Below are positions 7,893 through 16,976 of a DNA stretch of 20,000 nt, one piece after another. A model generated the notes under the pieces. The model saw only the letters and a program-made list of their open reading frames with translations. It was not told where the DNA came from and made no database searches. This DNA is from an uncultured virus (IMG/VR IMGVR_UViG_3300021368_000006). Taxonomy: Duplodnaviria; Heunggongvirae; Uroviricota; Caudoviricetes. The position numbers were made by a program, and so were the translations under genes. The stretch lies in IMG/VR virus record IMGVR_UViG_3300021368_000006, positions 52,791 through 72,790 of that record; one strand, written 5' to 3'. The stretch's first letter is position 1. The number at the start of each line of letters is the position of its first letter.

Positions 7893-10800
7893 ATGTCTAT
7901 TGCCAGTGGATATAGCATACAAAGAAATGACATTATCGATGTCCCTCACCGCAGTCAAGTTGAAACACACAATGCACTGAGTGGGTCTAATACTTATTTT
8001 TTAAGATCAAAAGTTGATATTTCTGATAAGGATTGGGAGTGGGACATCAGAATTGGAGAAACACGTTTTTACCTTAACAGACGTTTTGGTAATAACTCCT
8101 TGGTGTCTGGAGTAACTGCAACTGATGCAGAATTATACAGAGATAAAGTTTATGTGGAAGGTAGTACTTCTGCAGGACAAGGTTCAATTAAATACGATTC
8201 TGCATTAGGAGAGTTCGGTGCAATTATTTTTGCCGACAACGTTAGTCCTATTTCTGGAGAAGTAATTGAAATCAAGTATATCGAACATGTTACACATTTC
8301 ACAGGAAATGATGGTGGACTTTTATTCCAACTGGCACACGATTTAACAGTTCATCCATTTGAATTCCCAGAAATATTTAATTTAAATTTAAGTAGAGATG
8401 TAACTTTTGATACTGCTGCAGATGGTACTCCCGGCAATGAAATTACCAGTGATTTTACAACAAGTGAAATTCTTAATGAAATTGACGCAGGAACTGGAAA
8501 TCTTACTGCGTATCAACAAGTATTACCAGTCCAGTATAATAGAGATTATTCCGAAGATGGTACACCAGCAGACCAATTAGTTGCTGGTAAACTTTGGAAA
8601 GTTGTAAGAGAACATAAAGTAGTTACAGAATTAAACTTAGGTTCGGGTGGTTCAACGCCTTTTGCAAATATTGACCCTACTGACTCAAACACATGGCCAT
8701 CAATTATTGGTGATTTCCCACTTACAATTTCTGACCTTGGTTCTGGTGAATTTAGAGTTTCTTTGAATGGAAGAGTTTTGCCAGAAGAAGATTGGGTTGC
8801 GACTTCTAATAATGTTTCAAGGTCAACTTTATTTAAATTTAAAAGAACAGAGGTAATGCCTTGGGTCGCAGACCTAAGTCAATGTGTGTTTACTATATCT
8901 TACCATTGGGGTAAGACAATTGATGTTCCATACGGTGCATTGGTGGGGCCTAACGGACTTGGCCCACAACAAGAGACACTTTCTGGTGGTGCAAATGATT
9001 ATTCGTGGCCGAAAAACAATGGTTCCGACACCGATTACTGGGCGTATTCAAAAGCAACAACATCAGATGGAGAACCAACAGGTACTGCAGTAAATGGTTT
9101 TGTTGCAATTTTCTACGATCAAGCAAATAATACTCCAAATATTACATCTGCGATTACGGCATCTGGACAGAAAGATGAATTGGCAAGTACAGAAGAAGGC
9201 ACATCTTGGATGCTTACATTCCAAGAAAATGATAACTTCCAAAGACCATTCGATTTGATATATCCTACTCCAGTTAGTAACGATAAAGAAGATGTTAAAG
9301 ATGCATTGAGAAGAATTACAAATGGATTCTTAGTTGAGTCTAACAAAGGTGTCGATTTATTATCAGATACAAACTTAAGTTTTGCATCAAGTCTCTCTCC
9401 TTCTGCAGTCAGAAAACCACAGAAGTGGAGAATGAGATTTGAGTGGAATGATGATGAAAAATACTTAAAAGTAAATGTTGCAACTGCTTATCAATTGCAA
9501 GATGACTTTACGATTTCACAACCACAAGGCCGTGATGGTATTAAAAATCCTGTCTATAGAGAGCCCGGCGAATTGTGCGATGTATATACCTCTCCAATGG
9601 TCGGTAGAGGTGCAATCTTACAAATGAGTAAGGCAAAATCACAGTGGTTTAGAAAAACTCAAGTAGAAGACTCAATCTCAACAACATATCCAATGTCTTA
9701 TAGACTTACGGTTACAAACCATGGTTTGGGACTTTTCTTATTTGACCATGCATCAGTAGATCAAGATGATGATTATGCATGGTTAGTAGTACAGAGACAT
9801 GTTGACCAAACAACTGGCCAACCAGAGTTTACAGAAAAATCTCCAGTGCATTGTGTATATTCACCATGCAAACGTCCTGTAGATGTTTCTAGTTTGACAC
9901 CATATTTTGCATCACAAGATTTGGATGATTTGAGTAAACCTGCCCCAATTCAAAACTCACTTGGACAAGTTTTCAGATCAGAAGCACCAACTATCTATGT
10001 TAACAGAGATGGTGGACTATTCAATGGCATTGTCAATGCTATTGACTTTACTGCACTTGGATACGCAACTGGTGGTAATACACAAAACTCACTTGGACAA
10101 TTATATCACACCGATATAAGAGTAGATTTAACTAGAGGTTTTTCTAGTAATGCGATGTCAGAAAATCAAAATCTTTGGGGACAAACACTATACAGACTGC
10201 AAGTGGATGTTACAAACTCGCCTGGCGCAATCGCAGGGGAAACTTTGACGCCTGGTAAATATATTCTGGAATCTGATGCACAAACAGGTGGTGGACGTAT
10301 TGTTTCATACAATTCTTCAAATGGCGAACTACTTGTTAGTGGTTGGTCTGCTGCAAATATTGTTGGAACAACACAGACATATGCTGCTGGCCCTCCAATT
10401 GTCCCTGCACAGGGAACCATTGAAGAAGGAACATCTAGTTCTGGTGATGTTATGGTAGACTTTACAGTAAATCCATCAGGATCACCACAGTGGATTATTG
10501 TACCAACCGATGGACTTTCTGGTTCAACATGGGCAGAACAGATACTTGACCCAGTATTTGACCTTCAAATTCAAGGTTTTAACTCATTACCAAGAAGAAA
10601 AGATGTCTCACTTGCTGCTGGGGCTTCCGCATCTCCCGCTGCTCTTGAACAAGTCACGGTTGGTGGAGGATCTCCAGTATTAGAACATTATGACAGAAGT
10701 GGTTCTTTGTTAACTGCAACTACTCCTATTTCGGCTAATTATGTTCTTGGAAACACTGCAGGAATTTCATTCTCCGAAAATATTGCGTTTCCACAAAACA

Positions 10801-12098
10801 TTATTGAAAGAATGTCTACATTTAAAGATGCATCTCAAAGTGGAACAGGTGTTCCTGCTGCAACAGAATCTGTTGGTTTGGTTGATTATAAAGAAGCGGA
10901 TTCTGCATTACTTGATATTCTATTTGGCTCTCCTGTCGGGAATATGGACAAAGTTTTTGAATCTTTGGTTGTTGCATTGGATGATGTTGAGGTAATTAGA
11001 GATAGTAATGCATATATTTTAACGTATGAAGATTGGGTTAACAATGGCGACCCAAGTACAGTTCAAAGATTTATTGAATCTCTAGACGCCGCAGGGGTTG
11101 ACACGCTTGGTACAGACTTTAAATTCCCATCTGTAGATGGTAACTCTGTTGAGTGGAATAATAGTCAAATTACGCTTACAACTCCATATACAATTGATTC
11201 GGGAACTTCAAATAATTCAACTGGAAGAAACTTTTTCTCGCAACATGCATCAAATCCATCATCGCCAACTTTTAGTTTGACTACTGCACAAGCAGTTACG
11301 ACAACAGGTAATTATCTATTGCAAAATAAGTTGCCTGGTGACCCTGTATTCTCCTCACCAAATACTTTGAGAAATGAATATATGTACGATTTCTTCAATC
11401 ATACATTTTATTTCAAAGTTGCTCCAAGATCGGGTTCAGAATTGACAATTTCTTTGATAAATTATGTTACTTCAAATCCTGCTCAGGGTGCATACATCAT
11501 AACTATTCCAGAGGATAGAGATTTCCCAGAAAGAAACATGAATGAAGTAAAAACAATCAATAGATTTGTTGTTAGAGAACAAGATGTATTAAAACCATGG
11601 GATTTCCACGTTTCTGCAACAATGCACGAAATTGATTCTCATGCTGTTATCAATCCGATGGAACAACTTTCTATCACACAAGATAGAAATTTTGTTTTCT
11701 CGTTCCCAACTCAGATAACAACTCAAAGATTCTATTATCCACAAAGTGAACTTGATATTATTTGTATTTCTTCTGCAGATTTCTCAACTCAGTCAGGACA
11801 TGTAGAAATAAACAAATATGATGATTCGGATGGAGTAAACGAAGAATTTAGAGGTGGTTCTTTTGTTCCTGCCTCAATTTCTTCAACTTCTCCTAATGAA
11901 GTTACAAGATATGCAGGACATGAAGGCCCCGATGGGGTTAAGTATATTTGGAGAAAAAATGCCAGAAAGTATGAAGGAATGTCTGCAACATTACCGAATG
12001 GAAATGGTATGAGAGTGTTTATGCAAGTTACTGGTTCTAGTATTAGATACAGTGATGTAACGCCTGGAACAGCGCCTGGGTCGACACTAGGAAGTTAA
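7893..12098 (+). CDS. Putative virion structural protein, paralogue B (1401 aa)
   Basis: Long ORF with SD and late promoter. It has the same conserved core blocks (GYSIQRN, QLAHDL, QKWRMRF, PGEL, TYPMSYRLT..DQDDDYAW..PVHCVYS, RFVVREQDVLKPWD..INPMEQL, KYEGM..GNGMR) plus large inserted beta-rich modules. Confidence 0.8.
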   Translation: MSIASGYSIQRNDIIDVPHRSQVETHNALSGSNTYFLRSKVDISDKDWEWDIRIGETRFYLNRRFGNNSLVSGVTATDAELYRDKVYVEGSTSAGQGSIKYDSALGEFGAIIFADNVSPISGEVIEIKYIEHVTHFTGNDGGLLFQLAHDLTVHPFEFPEIFNLNLSRDVTFDTAADGTPGNEITSDFTTSEILNEIDAGTGNLTAYQQVLPVQYNRDYSEDGTPADQLVAGKLWKVVREHKVVTELNLGSGGSTPFANIDPTDSNTWPSIIGDFPLTISDLGSGEFRVSLNGRVLPEEDWVATSNNVSRSTLFKFKRTEVMPWVADLSQCVFTISYHWGKTIDVPYGALVGPNGLGPQQETLSGGANDYSWPKNNGSDTDYWAYSKATTSDGEPTGTAVNGFVAIFYDQANNTPNITSAITASGQKDELASTEEGTSWMLTFQENDNFQRPFDLIYPTPVSNDKEDVKDALRRITNGFLVESNKGVDLLSDTNLSFASSLSPSAVRKPQKWRMRFEWNDDEKYLKVNVATAYQLQDDFTISQPQGRDGIKNPVYREPGELCDVYTSPMVGRGAILQMSKAKSQWFRKTQVEDSISTTYPMSYRLTVTNHGLGLFLFDHASVDQDDDYAWLVVQRHVDQTTGQPEFTEKSPVHCVYSPCKRPVDVSSLTPYFASQDLDDLSKPAPIQNSLGQVFRSEAPTIYVNRDGGLFNGIVNAIDFTALGYATGGNTQNSLGQLYHTDIRVDLTRGFSSNAMSENQNLWGQTLYRLQVDVTNSPGAIAGETLTPGKYILESDAQTGGGRIVSYNSSNGELLVSGWSAANIVGTTQTYAAGPPIVPAQGTIEEGTSSSGDVMVDFTVNPSGSPQWIIVPTDGLSGSTWAEQILDPVFDLQIQGFNSLPRRKDVSLAAGASASPAALEQVTVGGGSPVLEHYDRSGSLLTATTPISANYVLGNTAGISFSENIAFPQNIIERMSTFKDASQSGTGVPAATESVGLVDYKEADSALLDILFGSPVGNMDKVFESLVVALDDVEVIRDSNAYILTYEDWVNNGDPSTVQRFIESLDAAGVDTLGTDFKFPSVDGNSVEWNNSQITLTTPYTIDSGTSNNSTGRNFFSQHASNPSSPTFSLTTAQAVTTTGNYLLQNKLPGDPVFSSPNTLRNEYMYDFFNHTFYFKVAPRSGSELTISLINYVTSNPAQGAYIITIPEDRDFPERNMNEVKTINRFVVREQDVLKPWDFHVSATMHEIDSHAVINPMEQLSITQDRNFVFSFPTQITTQRFYYPQSELDIICISSADFSTQSGHVEINKYDDSDGVNEEFRGGSFVPASISSTSPNEVTRYAGHEGPDGVKYIWRKNARKYEGMSATLPNGNGMRVFMQVTGSSIRYSDVTPGTAPGSTLGS

Positions 12099-12127
12099 AA
12101 TAAAATAAAATAATTACATAAACTGGG

Positions 12128-12161
12128 TATAAATACTTGAAACACTTTAAAGTTATAAATA
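12128..12161 (+). promoter_or_regulatory. Two tandem T4-type late promoters (TATAAATA at 12128-12135 and 12154-12161)
   Basis: Two perfect consensus boxes 26 nt apart in the 94-nt intergenic gap. Confidence 0.8.
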
Positions 12162-12178
12162 TAAGAAAAAACATTCAA

Positions 12179-12183
12179 AGGAG
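12179..12183 (+). promoter_or_regulatory. Shine-Dalgarno sequence (AGGAG) for the 1569-aa gene
   Basis: caaaggagaattattagATG: AGGAG ends 9 nt before the ATG at 12193. Confidence 0.8.
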
Positions 12184-12192
12184 AATTATTAG

Positions 12193-15100
12193 ATGACTAC
12201 TGCATTATCGACAGAGTTCCTTTCTGGTGGATTTTCTATTCAAAGAAACGAAATGGTATCTATGCAACAGCAGAAATACGCACAGAAGTTCGAATTTTTG
12301 AATAGTTTCAATCAGACATATACAAGGCTTTCAAAACCGGCGCAACACGAATTTGACAGAATCGCACCATACGCATTATCTTCACAGAGAAGAGTGTTTG
12401 TTGGTGGTACTGTTACGACTGTTACCCGCCCATTAAAACAAACATATAGAAACGGAAATCTTCCTTCTGTTCTTGGTTCAATTCAATTAGATGCAAACGG
12501 TGCAATTCAATCTATCAACGTTCTTGATGGTGGTTTTGGTTATGCACCAAATACAACTTTTAATGTAAATATTAGAGGTGGCGAACCAACAAGTGGAACA
12601 TTAACTCCTGCAGTTGTAACTGCAACTTCTGATAATTCTGGTAGAATTGTTTCGGTTGATATTGTTTCTTCTGGTAACAATTACGATGCAGCTGCTGCAC
12701 AAACTTTAAGTGCAAAAATTGATGAAAGTCCAGATGAAGGACAGTTTTATGTTTCGTTCTTTGAAGGTATTGGCGCACTTACTTCCGTAAACATCACTAG
12801 TGGACAAACAGGACATAGACCAGGCGTCTATTATGTTGCAACAACAACTACAGATTCTGTTGCTGGGAGTGGTGCAAAATTCCAAGTATATGTTGATGCC
12901 GGCGGTACAGTAACAAAAGTTGTTCCTTTGGAGTTCGGTGAAACTTATACAATTGGCGATACTATTACTATTCCAAACACAGAACTTGGAAACGATGGTG
13001 GGAGTGATTTGGTAATCACTGTAGAAGCAGTGACAACATCAACCCAACTTGCATTTGATTATGGGACAGTAACATGGAGAAGTGAGTCTTTTCAAGTTGG
13101 TGATACAGTTCTTTTAGAATACTTCATCGATACTGACAAAGATCCTTCTGCAAGTGACGGTTTCTTAAGAACTCTTGCAAAAGATTTATGTTTACACCCA
13201 TATGGCAACTACTATAGTTCTGCGTTTTCTAGTGTTCCTCAAAGGTCTGCATCTCTTGTAATTAAGGGTGGTGCAGTTGATGGTGCAATTGTAGAACTTT
13301 ATGACGATGCTGGTGTGCAATTTGGTGTAACCGATCAGGACGGTTTTACTGCTGCAGATGATGGTAAGAGAATTATCGAAGTAAATGGTTCTGGTACTGC
13401 AATTCTTAGAGTTTCTGGTGATGGACATACATTAAATCCATATGTTGCAACTCTTGAAATGACAAGTACAAATAATGAAGAAAGTAATCCATTTACATAT
13501 GAAGATGCAACCGATGGTGAACCAATTACTGGTATGGTTGCAGGAGATAAATCATATGCAACAGGAAAATGGAGACTCGCAATTCCTGTATCCGATTTCG
13601 AAGCACAACCATATAATATCGTTTATCCTTTTGTAGACTCTGATAGTAATACAGCAATCCCTGTTGGAAATAACGGACAACAGAACCACAGAAATGTGAT
13701 GTCATCGATTAAAAGAATTGGTGATATGTTTGTTGTTGAATCGGAAAAAGGTACAGACTTACTTTCATCCAAGAAAGAAATTAATAGTGCTACAGATGCG
13801 ATTCCAACTTCAGTTTCATTGACTCAGCCAGTTAAAGATGCTCGTAAACCACAGAAGTGGAGAATGCGTTTCTTCTATGACACTAGAGACGAGTATCTTT
13901 ATGTAAATGTTGCTACTGCATTGCAAATTAAAGATAATGGAGACCTTTCAAAAGGACAAGGTCGTGACGGTATCAAACAGGCAGTTTACAGACAGCCTGG
14001 AGAACTTAGTGAAATTTACTATAACTTCTCAAATGATAGTAACAAAGCAAAATCTGGATTCTTCCGTAGACAAGGTAAGACTACAGATGATACAGAACCA
14101 ACATATCCAATCGCATTCCGTTTGACTTGTACTGACCACGGTACTGGACTTTTTGTATTCGATCAGGCCTCTGTTGACCAAGATGACGATTATGCATGGT
14201 TTGTTGTTCAAAGACATGTTAATAACATTTCTGGTAAAATTGAATTCGAAGATGGTAAGTCTCCAGTTCACTGCTTGTATTCTCCATCTTCTAGACCAGA
14301 AGAAACATCAGATTTTAATATCGGTTTCTTTGCAGAGGTTAGTGAAGAGTTGGATACAACTACTGGTGCAACGACAGTCACATCTAAGTCATTGGATGAA
14401 TTGGAAATCTTTGATGTAAACGGTAGAAAACTGAAGCCGGGACTTCCAGTGAATGTAACAATTCCTACTGACTCAAGACCTGTTGCATTTATCCCAGAAG
14501 CATACGGTAGAGGACTTTCATATCTGAACACTTCTTCTACTGCAAACGTTCCACTTGCCGATCATGGTGCGTTAGGAACAGATTCCGCAACTGGATTTAC
14601 AGTTGTTAACGACTACTATAAATTCCCAGAGATTAATGCCGCAAACTTCCAGGCGGGCCCCACCGACCGTGGATTGGGTACTGCAGAACTTGCAGTTGTC
14701 CAAAGTAATATTACTTCCGCAGACAGAGATGCGTTTGCACTGAATTTTGGTTCTGCATATGGTAGTTCATTTGTTCCAGTAGGTGACTATATTACTGGTT
14801 TTGAAAATGGTACTGGTGCAGGTTCAAGATATGATATCGCAGATACTAATGGTGCTCCGTCTTCTTGGACATTAATTAATGATGCAACTGGTGAAGGTTT
14901 GAAAAACTTCTCTGTTGCAAGAACACAAATGCAGGGCCCTGCTCAGTTAGGTTTGCGTACATATAGAGTTCGTCACAGAAGTTCTGATGGTGTTGATACT
15001 TTCTTGGACTACAATGATGACTTCCAGTTTGTAAGTAAAACTGAAGTTGCGCCTGCGACTGATGCAAACGGACAAGCAAGAGAACTTCCAATCAGTTCAA

Positions 15101-16902
15101 CAGTTGCAATCTTTACACCAACATCTGTTGCTGCAAAACAACTTGTTGCAAAGAGAAGACGTAGAGTTCTTTTCATTGATAACCTAGATATTGGTGCAAC
15201 AACTGGTACAGGTGCGAATCCTCTTCTTGGAACTGCAGGACAGTTTGCTGGTGCAGTAGGTGGTATTTCAGACTTAACACTAGTTCCTGTTAGTGGTTCA
15301 TCATTTGGTGGAAATGCCGTTGGACACAAACTTGCACTTGATGCTGCTGGTACTGCAATCCAAACTGGTGCAACTGGTGGTATTGGACAAGACTTTATTG
15401 TACTAGATGGAACTGGTTCTACTGGTGATGTAAAGGTTGGAGATGAACTTACAACCGCAACTGCACAAACTGCAGGATTTGGATTTAGAGTTCTTTCTGT
15501 AATCGATACTATGCCAGAAGATGACCAATTCATCTACGAGTATGCATGGGAAGGTGCTGGATTTAATAACGAGTATACCAACTTCTTTGGTAGATACGGT
15601 ACTGCATCTAACCCACTCTTTGAAGTTAACAGACTTAAAGTATTTGTTGATGGACAAGAGGCAGATGCTGCGGTTCAAGGACAAAATTATCAATTCGATG
15701 CGAATGGTAATATTGAATTTGGTACGACTGGTGGTTCTACAGAATACTTTGGTGTTCAAAAACCAATGTATGCATATTCATTGACAACAGATAAAGTTAA
15801 GTTTAACGAACCTCTAGAGTTTGCCACAGTTGTTAAGATTTCATATGAAAACTATAATGATGTGGAAGAAAGAGATACTGGTAGATCAACTTACTTGATT
15901 AAACTTCCAGAAGACAGAGATATTCCTGCAATCTGGAACGATATTCACAAAGTTGCAAAAGGTATCTACAGATTTATTGTTCGTGAAAACGATGTGTTCA
16001 AACCATGGGATTATCATGTCTCTGCTGTTACACCACAGGTTGACAGTCCTGCATGTATTAACCCTGTTGAACAGTTATCGATTACACAGGATAAAACTGT
16101 TATCTTTAACTTCCCAACACCACTTGCATCACAAAGATTTATCTATAGTGACGCAGAAGCAGACTTGATCTGTATCGCTGGTGCGGATAGTTCTACTCAA
16201 GGTGGTATTATTAAGACATCTGCAACTAAATATGACCTTGACGGACAACATGTTAGTACATTAAGTCCACAAGGTGGTACTGCATCTACATCTTCTAATG
16301 CTGATCCACTCAACTTCAGAAGAGAGTATTTCTGGCACAATGTGAAACAGTCGGATGGAACAACTGATGCATTTGACACAACAGAAAACTCAACACATAG
16401 AACTTATGTGGGTATGATGTCTACTAAACCATTTGGTAACGGTATGAGAATCTTCCTCTTAACAAGAGGTGGCCCAATCAGACCATCATATAGTGACTAC
16501 ACACCAAGAGATGTAAGGGGAATTTCTGATAACTTCCCAACAGGTGCTGTTAACGGTGCTATTGAAACTCTTGGAGGAGTAGACTATACATTCGATGATG
16601 GTGAACGCTCAGGTGATTTAGTTACTGCCGATGATACATCAATTAATGTCGGTACAACCACAATTTCTGGTGTGACTGTCACTAGTATCTCTTCTGAGAT
16701 TTTAGTAGGTGCTACTGCATCAGTAACTACAGTAGAAGGTGATACGATTACACTCACAGTGACTGAAGTTTCTTCTAGTGCCGGTTCCATTACTGTCAGA
16801 AGTAGTGGTTCTACTGTAGGAACGCTTGCTGCAGGAGCAGTCACATTCACTAAGAATGTTGGTTCTTCTTGGAAAGGGAATTATGTAAACTTTGGTTCAT
16901 AA
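12193..16902 (+). CDS. Putative virion structural protein, paralogue C (1569 aa)
   Basis: Long ORF with SD, double late promoter and a downstream terminator. It has the same core blocks (GFSIQRN, TLAKDL, QKWRMRF, PGEL, TYPIAFRLT..DQDDDYAW..PVHCLYS, RFIVRENDVFKPWD..INPVEQL, TYVGM..GNGMR). Its inserts include G.I.S(I/V).(V/I)..GG.GY-type units recalled from T4-like marine phage structural proteins. Confidence 0.8.
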   Translation: MTTALSTEFLSGGFSIQRNEMVSMQQQKYAQKFEFLNSFNQTYTRLSKPAQHEFDRIAPYALSSQRRVFVGGTVTTVTRPLKQTYRNGNLPSVLGSIQLDANGAIQSINVLDGGFGYAPNTTFNVNIRGGEPTSGTLTPAVVTATSDNSGRIVSVDIVSSGNNYDAAAAQTLSAKIDESPDEGQFYVSFFEGIGALTSVNITSGQTGHRPGVYYVATTTTDSVAGSGAKFQVYVDAGGTVTKVVPLEFGETYTIGDTITIPNTELGNDGGSDLVITVEAVTTSTQLAFDYGTVTWRSESFQVGDTVLLEYFIDTDKDPSASDGFLRTLAKDLCLHPYGNYYSSAFSSVPQRSASLVIKGGAVDGAIVELYDDAGVQFGVTDQDGFTAADDGKRIIEVNGSGTAILRVSGDGHTLNPYVATLEMTSTNNEESNPFTYEDATDGEPITGMVAGDKSYATGKWRLAIPVSDFEAQPYNIVYPFVDSDSNTAIPVGNNGQQNHRNVMSSIKRIGDMFVVESEKGTDLLSSKKEINSATDAIPTSVSLTQPVKDARKPQKWRMRFFYDTRDEYLYVNVATALQIKDNGDLSKGQGRDGIKQAVYRQPGELSEIYYNFSNDSNKAKSGFFRRQGKTTDDTEPTYPIAFRLTCTDHGTGLFVFDQASVDQDDDYAWFVVQRHVNNISGKIEFEDGKSPVHCLYSPSSRPEETSDFNIGFFAEVSEELDTTTGATTVTSKSLDELEIFDVNGRKLKPGLPVNVTIPTDSRPVAFIPEAYGRGLSYLNTSSTANVPLADHGALGTDSATGFTVVNDYYKFPEINAANFQAGPTDRGLGTAELAVVQSNITSADRDAFALNFGSAYGSSFVPVGDYITGFENGTGAGSRYDIADTNGAPSSWTLINDATGEGLKNFSVARTQMQGPAQLGLRTYRVRHRSSDGVDTFLDYNDDFQFVSKTEVAPATDANGQARELPISSTVAIFTPTSVAAKQLVAKRRRRVLFIDNLDIGATTGTGANPLLGTAGQFAGAVGGISDLTLVPVSGSSFGGNAVGHKLALDAAGTAIQTGATGGIGQDFIVLDGTGSTGDVKVGDELTTATAQTAGFGFRVLSVIDTMPEDDQFIYEYAWEGAGFNNEYTNFFGRYGTASNPLFEVNRLKVFVDGQEADAAVQGQNYQFDANGNIEFGTTGGSTEYFGVQKPMYAYSLTTDKVKFNEPLEFATVVKISYENYNDVEERDTGRSTYLIKLPEDRDIPAIWNDIHKVAKGIYRFIVRENDVFKPWDYHVSAVTPQVDSPACINPVEQLSITQDKTVIFNFPTPLASQRFIYSDAEADLICIAGADSSTQGGIIKTSATKYDLDGQHVSTLSPQGGTASTSSNADPLNFRREYFWHNVKQSDGTTDAFDTTENSTHRTYVGMMSTKPFGNGMRIFLLTRGGPIRPSYSDYTPRDVRGISDNFPTGAVNGAIETLGGVDYTFDDGERSGDLVTADDTSINVGTTTISGVTVTSISSEILVGATASVTTVEGDTITLTVTEVSSSAGSITVRSSGSTVGTLAAGAVTFTKNVGSSWKGNYVNFGS

Positions 16903-16925
16903 TTTCTAAAGATTGATAAAATTAT

Positions 16926-16933
16926 CATAAATA
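16926..16933 (+). promoter_or_regulatory. Candidate late promoter CATAAATA immediately upstream of the terminator stem
   Basis: 7/8 match to TATAAATA, ending just before the hairpin and 43 nt before the ATG at 16977. Confidence 0.5.
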
Positions 16934-16934
16934 T

Positions 16935-16963
16935 AGGGGAGACATAAAGTCTCCCCTTTTTTT
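16935..16963 (+). terminator. Rho-independent terminator after paralogue C
   Basis: AGGGGAGAC-ATAAA-GTCTCCCCT forms a perfect 9-bp stem with a 5-nt loop, followed by a T run (7 T counting the stem base). It starts 32 nt after the stop codon. Confidence 0.92.
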
Positions 16964-16976
16964 ATACCAAAGAAAA

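Noticed and set aside
7889..7915. Alternative ATG at 7889 next to the SD
   Set aside because: It is only 2 nt from AGGAG and opens just an 8-codon frame. The ATG at 7893 has proper spacing and gives the conserved N-terminal block.
15151..15165. KRRRR basic run resembling a nuclear localisation signal (would suggest a eukaryotic virus)
   Set aside because: SD sequences, T4-type late promoters and an intrinsic terminator indicate a bacteriophage. A single basic patch is not informative.
1023..16850. Numerous 60-174-aa ORFs overlapping the large genes on either strand
   Set aside because: All are nested in long + strand genes, with no SD or promoter support and no recognisable motifs. They are consistent with frame shadows.
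121..16902. Diversity-generating retroelement acting on the fibre genes
   Set aside because: There is no reverse transcriptase in the window, and I saw no ~100-bp repeat pair differing only at adenines. Paralogue similarity is at protein level with ordinary synonymous divergence. A template located elsewhere in the genome cannot be excluded.
16914..16927. TGATAA-AA-TTATCA inverted repeat resembling a Fur box
   Set aside because: It is one base short of the 7-1-7 spacing, occurs once, and is easily produced by chance in AT-rich intergenic DNA.
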